The notes beneath the pieces were generated by a model that searched no databases, was not told the DNA's origin, and was given only the letters and a program-made list of their open reading frames with translations. The translations under genes and the position numbers were made by a program. Positions 1-12,263 of a stretch of 64,000 nucleotides of DNA are shown here, piece by piece. Positions within the stretch are counted from its first letter, which is position 1, and the number at the start of each line of letters is the position of its first letter. The stretch is from a phage: the sequence record MZ956761.1. One strand, given 5' to 3'.

Positions 1-94
1 TACAAAAACTGAAGATGATTTTATGAGCTCAAGCTCTGGCAGTTCATCTAGTGCTGATGACACGGACCTGGATGACCTTTTGAATGACCTTTAA
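1..94 (+). CDS. 32: ssDNA-binding protein gp32, C-terminal fragment (gene continues upstream of window)
   Basis: Frame 2 reads ...[30 protein letters not shown] with TAA at 92-94; matches the acidic C-terminal tail of T4 gp32 as recalled. Confidence 0.85.
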
Positions 95-116
95 TAGATT
101 ATATTACTAATTAATT

Positions 117-141
117 GGGGACCTCTAGGGTCCCCTTTTTT
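117..141 (+). terminator. Rho-independent terminator after gene 32
   Basis: GGGGACC-TCTA-GGGTCCCC hairpin followed by T-run. Confidence 0.7.
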
Positions 142-238
142 NTTTCAAAATTTTTTNANAAAANANTTTNNATANNACAAGGACNGTGGTNCTATNNAAC
201 NATNGGCNANANTGCTGATNATTAAANAGGAAAACAAN

Positions 239-466
239 ANGGCTAAAGTTNATATTGACATCGTNGATNNTGAATATATTNAAGAAATNATTCGTAATCG
301 TTATCCTNAACTTAGTATCACAAGCGTACAAGATTCTAAGTTTTGGAGTATTCAAATTGTTATTGAAGGTCCTCTTGAAGACCTCACTCGCTTTATGGCT
401 AATGAATATTGTGATGGCATGGATTCTGAAGACGCAGAATTTTACATGGGACTGATTGAACAATAA
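239..466 (+). CDS. Hypothetical small acidic protein; N-terminus lies in N-masked sequence
   Basis: Frame 2 open from a possible aNg(ATG?) at 239 preceded by AGGAAA, clean translation ...[50 protein letters not shown] ending TAA 464-466; the ORF-track calls here (255..455 with TTG start, 125..463 minus) look like artefacts. Confidence 0.4.
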   Translation, partial: XAKVXIDIXDXEYIXEXIRNRYPXLSITSVQDSKFWSIQIVIEGPLEDLTRFMANEYCDGMDSEDAEFYMGLIEQ

Positions 467-513
467 TTATCAAGGGGGCTATTTGATAGCCCCGTTAAAA
501 TGAGGAAATCAAA

Positions 514-900
514 ATGGAAGTTGGAAAAACTTATATCATTAACCCTTTATTTAAAAATGACTTTGCTAACGAGTGCCGTTGCAATGTGATGATGCTAAAT
601 TTAATAGAGAAGCACGGACCTAGTTTTGTTGTAGATGAAATGGAAAGTGATGATTGTGCTGGTGAATGTGTGGTACGTGTAACTATGGAAGATGGCACTG
701 AATACATGGCGGGTGGCCCACTTGAGACGTATTTTGAGATTTACTCTGAAGAATTCAAATACTTTACTGAGGTAACTTTAGAAAAGCCTCAATCCGCTAA
801 TGAAGGTATAGTTTCTGGCGTAACAAAAATTCACTGCATTGTTGACGAAAACAATGTAGATGAAATCATTGAACTTTTGCGAAAAACTTTTAAGGCCTAA
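514..900 (+). CDS. Hypothetical protein (128 aa), Cys-containing
   Basis: ATG with GAGGAA RBS; compact early-gene block between gene 32 and frd. Confidence 0.6.
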   Translation: MEVGKTYIINPLFKNDFANECRCNVMMLNLIEKHGPSFVVDEMESDDCAGECVVRVTMEDGTEYMAGGPLETYFEIYSEEFKYFTEVTLEKPQSANEGIVSGVTKIHCIVDENNVDEIIELLRKTFKA

Positions 901-901
901 T

Positions 902-1162
902 ATGACTAAAGATGATTTCCTGGATGCGGTAGAAAAAGCTAGTGAGAAATTTGAAGTGATGGGTGTACGGGTCCATAAAGACAGAAATTACGGGCTCGAT
1001 ATTCAAACGTATTCGTTATGGCTTGTGGGTGAACACAGTCTTGTAACCAGTTTAGTTATGGGTGTCGATACCTATCCTCTATTGGTTAAGTTCAGAAGTA
1101 TGGAAAAGGCTACTAAAGAAATGATTAAGCTTGGTAAGTGGCTCGATAAAATTCAAAAATAA
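902..1162 (+). CDS. Hypothetical protein (about 86 aa)
   Basis: In-frame ATG immediately after stop of the preceding ORF (TAATATG); the ORF-track start at 860 overlaps the upstream gene. Confidence 0.5.
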   Translation: MTKDDFLDAVEKASEKFEVMGVRVHKDRNYGLDIQTYSLWLVGEHSLVTSLVMGVDTYPLLVKFRSMEKATKEMIKLGKWLDKIQK

Positions 1163-1164
1163 TT

Positions 1165-1200
1165 GTTTACAACAGGGTAGTAGTGTGATACTATTACCCT
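1165..1200 (+). promoter_or_regulatory. T4-type early promoter candidate embedded in imperfect dyad symmetry
   Basis: GTTTAC at 1165-1170, about 18-nt spacer, gTGaTACTAT -10-like; GGGTAGTA / TACTATTACCC inverted repeat; followed by GAGGAGAATAAAATG. Confidence 0.5.
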
Positions 1201-1222
1201 ATCAACTACTGAGGAGAATAAA

Positions 1223-1465
1223 ATGAGATTACAACGCCAGAGCATCAAAGATTCAGAAGTTAGAGGTAAATGGTATTTTAATATCATCGGTAAAGATTCT
1301 GAGCTTGTTGAAAAAGCTGAACACCTTTTACGTGATATGGGGTGGGAAGATGAATGTGATGGATGTCCTCTTTATGAAGATGGAGAAAGCGCGGGATTTT
1401 GGATTTACCATTCTGACGTTGAACAGTTTAAAGCTGATTGGAAAATTGTGAAAAAGTCTGTTTAA
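1223..1465 (+). CDS. Hypothetical protein (80 aa)
   Basis: ATG with GAGGAG RBS. Confidence 0.6.
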   Translation: MRLQRQSIKDSEVRGKWYFNIIGKDSELVEKAEHLLRDMGWEDECDGCPLYEDGESAGFWIYHSDVEQFKADWKIVKKSV

Positions 1466-1475
1466 GGAAAATAAT

Positions 1476-2302
<827 letters not shown>

Positions 2303-2321
2303 AATAACACTGGCGGAAAAT

Positions 2322-2669
2322 ATGAATTTTAATTATTACCCTATTCTATTAGAAAAAGACGCGAAACAACCAAAATGGCAGGGTCCTCAGTTTATTAAAG
2401 GTGTCTATCAATTAGTAGTTCCTAAAGACAAAATTTATAGTAGTTGTTTCACTGAATCCGCTTGCAGTATTTTTGGTAATAGTTCTCCATATTGGAATTT
2501 TGATATAAAGCTTGACAGAAATATCGATATTTGGTTGAAAGCTATGGATATTGGCAATATCACGTTTGATGAGAATAATTATCATATTATTGGTCGCTTT
2601 TCCAAGCGTGGTAAAGAATTATATTTTACGCCTGAAATTGAAAGAAAATTTGATGCTAAACCGTATTGA
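2322..2669 (+). CDS. Hypothetical protein (115 aa) inserted between frd and td
   Basis: Intact ORF with ATG; no recognisable motif; frd and td overlap directly in T4 as I recall. Confidence 0.6.
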   Translation: MNFNYYPILLEKDAKQPKWQGPQFIKGVYQLVVPKDKIYSSCFTESACSIFGNSSPYWNFDIKLDRNIDIWLKAMDIGNITFDENNYHIIGRFSKRGKELYFTPEIERKFDAKPY

Positions 2670-2713
2670 TTATTAGCTTCATAAAATGTATTATAATTTA
2701 TATAAGGTACTAA

Positions 2714-3574
2714 ATGAAACAATACCAAGATTTAATTAAAGACATTTTTGAAAACGGCTATGAAACCGATGACCGAACAGGCACAGGAACAATTGCTTTG
2801 TTCGGTACTAAATTACGCTGGGATTTAACTAAAGGTTTTCCTGCAGTAACGACTAAGAAGCTCGCCTGGAATGCATGTATTTCTGAATTATTGTGGTTCT
2901 TATCAGGAAGTACTAACGTAAATGATTTACGTCAACGTACTCATGGATCTTTAATTGCAGGAAAAACAATTTGGGATGAAAACTACGAAAATCAGGCCAA
3001 AGACTTAGGTTATCATAGCGGTGAACTTGGTCCAATTTACGGAAAACAGTGGCGTGATTTTGGTGGTGTAGATCAAATTGTAGAAGTTGTTAATCGTATT
3101 AAAACATTTCCCAATGATAGACGTCAAATTGTGTCGGCATGGAATCCAGCTGAACTCAAGCAGATGGCATTACCTCCTTGTCATATGTTCTATCAGTTTA
3201 ATGTGCGTAACGGATACCTTGACCTCCAATGGTATCAACGTTCGGTAGATGTTTTCCTCGGTCTTCCATTTAACATCGCGAGTTATGCTGCTCTTTTACA
3301 TATTGTTGCTGACATGTGTGAACTAGTTCCGGGCGATTTGGTATTCTCGGGTGGTAATACACACATTTATTCTAACCATATTGAGCAATGCAAAGAGATA
3401 TTAAATAGAACTCCTATGGATCTATGCAAACTCAGTATTAATTGGCCTAATGGATTCAGTCAATGCGATACTGAAACTCAAATGTATTGGTTAACTGAAT
3501 ATATGACAGCACGGGATTTCGTTCTCAAAGATTATCAGTCCCACGGTGTTTTGAAAGGAAAGATGGCGGTGTAA
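2714..3574 (+). CDS. td: Thymidylate synthase, uninterrupted (no group I intron)
   Basis: 286 aa continuous ORF, MKQYQDLIKDIFENGYETDDRTGTGT...PPCH..; same length as spliced T4 Td. Confidence 0.95.
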   Translation: MKQYQDLIKDIFENGYETDDRTGTGTIALFGTKLRWDLTKGFPAVTTKKLAWNACISELLWFLSGSTNVNDLRQRTHGSLIAGKTIWDENYENQAKDLGYHSGELGPIYGKQWRDFGGVDQIVEVVNRIKTFPNDRRQIVSAWNPAELKQMALPPCHMFYQFNVRNGYLDLQWYQRSVDVFLGLPFNIASYAALLHIVADMCELVPGDLVFSGGNTHIYSNHIEQCKEILNRTPMDLCKLSINWPNGFSQCDTETQMYWLTEYMTARDFVLKDYQSHGVLKGKMAV

Positions 3575-3597
3575 TTTTAATTTAATTGAGAGGATAT

Positions 3598-3861
3598 ATG
3601 ATTTTACGATTTAAGGATACTTCTGGTGTCGTTCTTTTTACACTTCCTAATCCAAGCGAGTTAGAAGTTCCAGGACCAGAACAGCCTATTATCATTTATG
3701 GTAAAAAGTATTATACTCATAAAATGACTCGTGAGTATTTTGATAATAAAATTTCCACAGTTAAAACTTCTTCTGATTGTTATTATGATATTACTGTTTT
3801 AACGGAACAACAATATGACGAATTATTACCGCGCGGGCCGTCTATGCCGGGTAGTGAATAA
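3598..3861 (+). CDS. Hypothetical protein (about 87 aa)
   Basis: ATG at 3598 preceded by GAGAGGA; the track ORF begins at an upstream TTG. Confidence 0.5.
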   Translation: MILRFKDTSGVVLFTLPNPSELEVPGPEQPIIIYGKKYYTHKMTREYFDNKISTVKTSSDCYYDITVLTEQQYDELLPRGPSMPGSE

Positions 3862-4141
3862 ATATAAATCCGACTTTGATGTTAATATTCACCGCGGTAC
3901 ATTTTGGGGAAATTACGTCGGTAAAGATGCTGGCAGCCGGGAGGCTGCCATTGAATTATTCAAAAAAGATTTTATACGTCGAATTAAATCCGGAGAAATA
4001 ACTAAAGCACATTTAGAGCCTTTACGTGGAATGAGGCTAGGATGCACATGTAAACCAAAGCCGTGTCATGGTGATATAATAGCTCATATAGTTAACCGAT
4101 TGTTTAAAGACGATTTTCAAGTTGAGGACTTATGCAATTAA
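3815..4141 (+). CDS. Small conserved protein with Cys/His cluster (DUF4326-like motif [13 protein letters not shown])
   Basis: 108 aa; IHRG..WGN..CxCxPxPCHGD pattern resembles a phage-associated domain of unknown function (recalled, not searched). Confidence 0.55.
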   Translation: MTNYYRAGRLCRVVNKYKSDFDVNIHRGTFWGNYVGKDAGSREAAIELFKKDFIRRIKSGEITKAHLEPLRGMRLGCTCKPKPCHGDIIAHIVNRLFKDDFQVEDLCN

Positions 4142-6396
4142 TTAATGTTATCAAAAGTAGTGGTGTTTCTCAGAGCTTTGACCCGCAAAAAATTATTAAA
4201 GTTTTATCTTGGGCAGCTGAAGGAACATCTGTAGATCCTTATGAATTATATGAAAATATTAAATCATATCTCCGTGATGGAATGACAACTGATGACATTC
4301 AGACTATTGTCATTAAGGCTGCTGCGAATTCTATTTCAGTTGAAGAGCCTGATTACCAATATGTAGCTGCACGCTGTTTAATGTTCGCTCTTCGTAAACA
4401 TGTTTACGGGCAGTATGAACCACGTTCATTTATTGACCATATTTCTTACTGTGTAAATGAAGGTAAATATGACCCTGAACTGTTGTCAAAATATTCTGCC
4501 GAAGAAATTACATTTTTAGAATCAAAAATTAAGCATGAGCGGGATATGGAATTTACTTATTCCGGGGCGATGCAATTAAAAGAAAAATATCTAGTTAAAG
4601 ATAAAACCACTGGTCAAATTTATGAAACTCCACAGTTTGCATTTATGACTATTGGAATGGCATTGCATCAAGATGAACCTGTTGATAGATTAAAACACGT
4701 TATCCGTTTTTATGAAGCAGTATCTACTCGACAGATTTCACTGCCAACTCCTATTATGGCTGGTTGCCGTACTCCAACTCGGCAGTTTAGTTCATGCGTT
4801 GTTATTGAAGCAGGTGATTCATTAAAGTCTATCAATAAGGCTTCTGCTTCAATTGTTGAATATATCTCCAAACGCGCTGGAATTGGTATTAACGTTGGTA
4901 TGATTCGTGCCGAAGGTTCTAAGATTGGCACAGGTGAAGTACGCCATACTGGTGTTATTCCTTTTTGGAAACATTTTCAGACTGCAGTTAAATCATGCTC
5001 ACAGGGTGGAATTCGTGGCGGCGCTGCTACTGCTTATTATCCTATTTGGCATTTGGAAGTTGAAAATCTTCTCGTTTTGAAAAATAACAAAGGCGTAGAA
5101 GAAAACCGTATCCGTCATATGGATTATGGCGTTCAACTGAATGACCTAATGATGGAACGATTCGGAAAGAATGATTACATTACTTTGTTCAGTCCGCATG
5201 AAATGGGTGGCGAACTTTATTATTCTTATTTTAAAGACCAAGACCGTTTCCGTGAATTATACGAAGCCGCAGAAAAAGACCCTAATATTCGTAAAAAGCG
5301 TATTAAAGCCCGTGAACTGTTTGAATTGCTCATGACTGAACGCTCAGGAACAGCAAGGATTTATGTACAGTTCATAGATAATACGAATAACTATACTCCG
5401 TTTATTCGTGAAAAGGCACCTATTCGTCAGAGCAACTTGTGCTGTGAAATTGCTATTCCAACAAATGATGTTAATAGCCCTGATGCCGAAATTGGATTGT
5501 GTACGTTATCTGCATTTGTGTTAGATAACTTCGATTGGCAAGACCAAGATAAAATTAATGAATTGGCAGAAGTCCAAGTTCGTGCTCTTGATAATCTTTT
5601 GGACTACCAAGGATATCCAGTTCCTGAAGCAGAAAAAGCTAAAAAGCGTCGAAATCTTGGTGTAGGTGTTACTAACTATGCAGCTTGGCTGGCAAGTAAT
5701 TTTGCTTCTTATGAAGATGCTAACGATTTAACACATGAACTATTTGAGAGATTGCAGTATGGACTCATTAAAGCATCCATTAAGCTCGCCAAAGAAAAAG
5801 GACCTTGCGAATATTATTCAGACACTCGTTGGTCTCGAGGCGAATTACCTATCGACTGGTACAATAAAAAGATTGACCAAATCGCAGCTCCAAAATACGT
5901 TTGTGACTGGTCGTCGCTGCGGGAAGACCTTAAGCTCTTTGGCATCCGTAATAGCACATTATCAGCACTTATGCCATGTGAGTCATCTTCCCAAGTTTCT
6001 AACAGTACAAACGGTATCGAGCCTCCACGTGGACCAGTCTCTGTTAAAGAATCAAAAGAGGGTTCCTTTAATCAAGTCGTGCCCAATATTGAGCATAACA
6101 TAGACCTCTATGATTATACGTGGAAATTAGCTAAGAAAGGTAATAAACCTTATCTTACGCAAGTAGCTATTATGTTGAAATGGGTATGTCAATCAGCTTC
6201 AGCGAATACATATTATGACCCGCAGATTTTTCCAAAAGGAAAGGTTCCAATGTCAATAATGATTGATGACCTTTTATATTTTTGGTATTTTGGCGGAAAA
6301 AATTTCTATTATCATAATACACGCGACGGTTCTGGTACTGATGATTATGAAATAGAAACTCCAAAAGCTGAAGATTGTTCATCCTGTAAATTATGA
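4132..6396 (+). CDS. nrdA: Ribonucleotide reductase large subunit (aerobic class I)
   Basis: 754 aa; ATP-cone N-terminus and catalytic-core motifs; length as T4 NrdA. Confidence 0.95.
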   Translation: MQLINVIKSSGVSQSFDPQKIIKVLSWAAEGTSVDPYELYENIKSYLRDGMTTDDIQTIVIKAAANSISVEEPDYQYVAARCLMFALRKHVYGQYEPRSFIDHISYCVNEGKYDPELLSKYSAEEITFLESKIKHERDMEFTYSGAMQLKEKYLVKDKTTGQIYETPQFAFMTIGMALHQDEPVDRLKHVIRFYEAVSTRQISLPTPIMAGCRTPTRQFSSCVVIEAGDSLKSINKASASIVEYISKRAGIGINVGMIRAEGSKIGTGEVRHTGVIPFWKHFQTAVKSCSQGGIRGGAATAYYPIWHLEVENLLVLKNNKGVEENRIRHMDYGVQLNDLMMERFGKNDYITLFSPHEMGGELYYSYFKDQDRFRELYEAAEKDPNIRKKRIKARELFELLMTERSGTARIYVQFIDNTNNYTPFIREKAPIRQSNLCCEIAIPTNDVNSPDAEIGLCTLSAFVLDNFDWQDQDKINELAEVQVRALDNLLDYQGYPVPEAEKAKKRRNLGVGVTNYAAWLASNFASYEDANDLTHELFERLQYGLIKASIKLAKEKGPCEYYSDTRWSRGELPIDWYNKKIDQIAAPKYVCDWSSLREDLKLFGIRNSTLSALMPCESSSQVSNSTNGIEPPRGPVSVKESKEGSFNQVVPNIEHNIDLYDYTWKLAKKGNKPYLTQVAIMLKWVCQSASANTYYDPQIFPKGKVPMSIMIDDLLYFWYFGGKNFYYHNTRDGSGTDDYEIETPKAEDCSSCKL

Positions 6397-6447
6397 TATA
6401 ATTTGACTCACGGACGAGTCACTATCTATTAACTAAGCGGAAAATTT

Positions 6448-7617
6448 ATGAGCACAGTTTTTAATACAAATCCAGTTGATGTTTTAAAAGAACCTATGTT
6501 CTTCGGTTCAGGTCTTGGTATTGCGCGTTATGATATTCAACGCCATAAAGTTTTTGAAGATTTAACCGAAAAGCAATTATCATTTTTCTGGCGTCCTGAA
6601 GAAGTAAACTTGATGATGGATGCTGCACAATTTAACAAGCTTCCTCAGTATCAACAAGATATTTTTACTAATAACCTGAAGTATCAATCACTTTTGGATA
6701 GCATTCAGGGTCGTGCACCGTCTGCTGTACTTATGTCATTAATTTCAGATCCAAGCCTTGATACATGGGTTGCTACATGGACTTTTAGTGAAACTATTCA
6801 CAGTCGTTCATATACTCATATCATGCGAAATCTTTATACTGATCCGTCAAAGGTGTTTGATGAGATTGTATTAGATAAAGCTATTATGAAACGTGCCGAG
6901 TCCATTGGTCGCTATTACGATGATGTTCTAGTTAAGACTCGTGAATACCAGAACGCGGTTGAAGATTATGAAGGAATTTTATCAGAAGGATTTCGTAAAG
7001 AAGAGCTAGGCAAAGTTGTTGAATGTACTAAACGAGCACTAATGAAATCTCTTTACCTCTGCCTGCACGTAATCAACGCCTTGGAAGCTATTCGTTTTTA
7101 TGTATCTTTCGCATGTACCTTTAACTTCCATAAAAACATGGAAATCATGGAAGGTAATGCCAAGATTATGAAGTTCATTGCACGTGATGAGCAGCTTCAC
7201 CTTAAAGGCACCCAATATATTATTCGTCAACTTCAACTTGGCACTGATGGTGATGAATGGGTTAAAATTGCCCAAGAGTGTGAACAAGAAGCAGTTGATA
7301 TTTTCATGGAAGTTAACCGTCAAGAAAAAGATTGGGCAGTTCATTTATTTAAAGATGGCGATGTTCCTGGATTAAATACAAATAGCATGTGGAGCTTTAT
7401 TGATTACTTAACTGTATCTCGTATGAAACAGTGCGGTCTTCCATGCCCAATTACCGATGCTCCGGTTAAACATCCGTATCCTTGGATTCGTGAATATCTT
7501 AATTCTGATAATGTTCAATCCGCGCCGCAAGAAGTAGAACTGTCATCTTATCTTGTAGCACAGATTGATAATGATGTTGATGATAAAGTTATGATGAGTT
7601 TTAAAAAATATTTTTAA
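6448..7617 (+). CDS. nrdB: Ribonucleotide reductase small subunit, uninterrupted (no intron)
   Basis: 389 aa continuous ORF; T4 nrdB carries a group I intron, absent here. Confidence 0.95.
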   Translation: MSTVFNTNPVDVLKEPMFFGSGLGIARYDIQRHKVFEDLTEKQLSFFWRPEEVNLMMDAAQFNKLPQYQQDIFTNNLKYQSLLDSIQGRAPSAVLMSLISDPSLDTWVATWTFSETIHSRSYTHIMRNLYTDPSKVFDEIVLDKAIMKRAESIGRYYDDVLVKTREYQNAVEDYEGILSEGFRKEELGKVVECTKRALMKSLYLCLHVINALEAIRFYVSFACTFNFHKNMEIMEGNAKIMKFIARDEQLHLKGTQYIIRQLQLGTDGDEWVKIAQECEQEAVDIFMEVNRQEKDWAVHLFKDGDVPGLNTNSMWSFIDYLTVSRMKQCGLPCPITDAPVKHPYPWIREYLNSDNVQSAPQEVELSSYLVAQIDNDVDDKVMMSFKKYF

Positions 7618-7621
7618 GGAG

Positions 7622-7644
7622 TGGGCCGCAAGGCCCATTTTATT
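7622..7644 (+). terminator. GC hairpin plus T-run between nrdB and denA
   Basis: TGGGCC-GCAA-GGCCCA followed by TTTTATT, directly abutting the denA ATG. Confidence 0.55.
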
Positions 7645-9232
<1,588 letters not shown>

Positions 9233-9235
9233 GCT

Positions 9236-9289
9236 GTTTACAAGTCCCTCGTGTTGTGTTATAGTAGTCTTACTGACATAACATGAGGA
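9236..9289 (+). promoter_or_regulatory. Early promoter/5'UTR cassette, copy 1 (54 bp, identical to 24489-24542)
   Basis: GTTTAC, about 18-nt spacer, TGtTATAGT, then RBS GAGGA; arms GTCCCTCGTGTTGTG / CATAACATGAGGAC form an imperfect dyad; starts 3 nt after rnlA stop. Confidence 0.7.
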
Positions 9290-9293
9290 CTTT

Positions 9294-9800
9294 ATGATGG
9301 ATTTGCAGCTTATTACTACTGAAATGGTCGTTGAAGCATACGGTGATACTACAGATGGGATTTCTGTATTCAAAGGAAATCGTCGAGTTGGATATATCAC
9401 CGATCTTAAGAAAGATTTAGCTAAGCAAGTTAAGCGGAAAACGACCGTTAAAGAATATCGAAATCGTCGTCTTGAGCAAGCCCGTGATATGCTTCCTGAT
9501 GCGGTTGAAGAGATGAAAGTCTTTTTAGAAAATCAACTCGCTAAGTATGATTGTGAAGTGTTCATTAATCAGACTCAACCTAATGTTCATATCAATAGCT
9601 GTAAATGCTATATCATCGTTAATCCTTTAACGGGAAAACATCGTCTTGGAATTAGTAATCCAAATCGTAGTGCATCGGATATGGCAGAAGATGTTGAGGC
9701 ATGCTTTAAAATTTCTAAATCTCCGGCGGAACATCATATTTTAATTAACGGTCTTTCTCAAGACGATATTGTAGAGGTTATTAAAACTTTATGCATGTAA
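9294..9800 (+). CDS. alc: Alc, inhibitor of host transcription on cytosine-containing DNA
   Basis: 168 aa MMDLQLITTEMVVEAYGD...; length and position as in T4. Confidence 0.85.
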   Translation: MMDLQLITTEMVVEAYGDTTDGISVFKGNRRVGYITDLKKDLAKQVKRKTTVKEYRNRRLEQARDMLPDAVEEMKVFLENQLAKYDCEVFINQTQPNVHINSCKCYIIVNPLTGKHRLGISNPNRSASDMAEDVEACFKISKSPAEHHILINGLSQDDIVEVIKTLCM

Positions 9801-10144
9801 GTAATTTTACAGCTGGATTGCTATTACTTGTAATAGCATTTGGCGGAACATCTATTATTTTAAAAAATAAGGTAGAAAGATTAGAAACATCAGTTACTGA
9901 AATTACAAAAACAGCCAATGAAAACGCCTTAGCATTAAATAATTTGCGAATTCAGTATAATTATATTGATGCGATGAATAATAAAAATCGTGAGGCAATT
10001 GCTGCTATTGAGCGTGAAAATGAAAAACTGCGCAAAGACGCAAAGAAGGCGGATGTGGTGGCTCATAAGCCAGGATTGGTTGAAAAACAAATCAACAACT
10101 CCTTCAGCAAGTTCGCAGAAGACATCCAGGACCTTTCTAAATGA
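9791..10144 (+). CDS. i-spanin (inner-membrane spanin subunit)
   Basis: 117 aa; N-terminal TMD FTAGLLLLVIAFGGTSIIL then coiled-coil-like charged region; immediately upstream of a lipoprotein ORF. Confidence 0.75.
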   Translation: MHVSNFTAGLLLLVIAFGGTSIILKNKVERLETSVTEITKTANENALALNNLRIQYNYIDAMNNKNREAIAAIERENEKLRKDAKKADVVAHKPGLVEKQINNSFSKFAEDIQDLSK

Positions 10145-10440
10145 TTAAACTATCAGCAGTAATATTATCTATTGGTCTTCTAGTTGGTTGTTCGACAAAG
10201 CCTCTAGAAGTAAAGAAAGAAACAGTTCATCCTAATTGGCCTGTGCAAATAAAGTCATATGACGAAGCTAAACTATCTTGGCAAGTTAAAGTTATCGATG
10301 GTAGAGCTTGGGTCGGTATGCCATTTGAAGATTCCCAGGAATTTCGTATTTGGCTTAATGATGTAAAACGATATGTACATGACCAGAAAACTATGATATG
10401 TTATTATCGTCAAGAGCTAAAAGAGGATAAATGTAAATGA
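10141..10440 (+). CDS. o-spanin (outer-membrane lipoprotein spanin subunit)
   Basis: 99 aa; signal peptide with lipobox LLVG-C; C-terminal Cys residues; ATGA overlap with the i-spanin. Confidence 0.75.
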   Translation: MIKLSAVILSIGLLVGCSTKPLEVKKETVHPNWPVQIKSYDEAKLSWQVKVIDGRAWVGMPFEDSQEFRIWLNDVKRYVHDQKTMICYYRQELKEDKCK

Positions 10441-10663
10441 TTTCATGGCATCAATTTGAACATCTCAAAGGATTGATTTATGAATCCGAGATGGCTGCAA
10501 TGATTTATGGACGCCAGATTCAGCGGTTAGAATCTTTACCTCCAACTAATGATGTTTTATTAGCTCAATCACGTGCTAATCTTAAAAATGAATATCAAAA
10601 TAAGTGGGGCAAAGCATCTAAAGACCTGCATGATTATATTCAATCATTGGTTGAGAAAAATAA

Positions 10664-10667
<4 letters not shown>
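10437..10667 (+). CDS. Hypothetical protein (76 aa)
   Basis: ATG ORF with overlapping stop/start junctions typical of T4 early operons. Confidence 0.55.
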
Positions 10668-11870
<1,203 letters not shown>

Positions 11871-11871
<1 letters not shown>

Positions 11872-12068
11872 TGGCGTGGCATCATGAAACTTGGGCTATT
11901 ATTATTGTAAATAGTGGTTTAGTCGGTACTAGTAATGGGCAATTTTGTGTATTCACTAGTGAAATCAGAGCTTGGGAGGAATGTCTTAAATTAAGAGAAA
12001 AGAATCCCGATGTTGAACTAACAGTAAAGAAAACTAAACTGCCTTTACCATGGAAAACTTATGAATAA
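11871..12068 (+). CDS. cd.5: Hypothetical protein (65 aa)
   Basis: ATG overlapping pseT stop (TAATG); symbol assigned by synteny only (5 ORFs between pseT and cd). Confidence 0.5.
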
Positions 12069-12261
12069 CATAGAAAAGATTTATCAACTTTGTGATAAAA
12101 TTGAAAAAGAAAAGAAATATTTATTTTGTTTATGGCCTATTGTTAATGGAAGAGTAGGCTTAGATGTTCTTGATTATGAAACAGAAGACAAAGTAGATGG
12201 TTCAACTTTTGATAATGCGTTGGATGTTATTGATTGGCTTGAAGAAAATTATGTGAGGTAA
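12061..12261 (+). CDS. cd.4: Hypothetical protein (66 aa)
   Basis: ATG ORF; symbol by synteny. Confidence 0.5.
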   Translation: MNNIEKIYQLCDKIEKEKKYLFCLWPIVNGRVGLDVLDYETEDKVDGSTFDNALDVIDWLEENYVR

Positions 12262-12263
12262 AT

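Noticed and set aside
125-463. Minus-strand 112-aa ORF and plus-strand TTG-initiated 66-aa ORF in the N-rich region
   Set aside because: Both are full of ambiguous residues and lack start/RBS support; a different plus-strand frame gives a cleaner product consistent with the gene orientation of the block.
2670-3574. Search for the td group I intron and its I-TevI-type endonuclease ORF
   Set aside because: td translates as one uninterrupted 286-aa protein; no intron-sized gap or GIY-YIG ORF is present within it.
4710-4931. Antisense ORF inside nrdA (and the similar internal or antisense ORFs at 5735-6103, 6170-6382, 7039-7375)
   Set aside because: They lie wholly within well-supported ribonucleotide reductase coding sequence, lack RBS, and are typical AT-rich antisense frames. 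I considered an intron-encoded endonuclease in nrdB, but the ORF is continuous and of full NrdB length.
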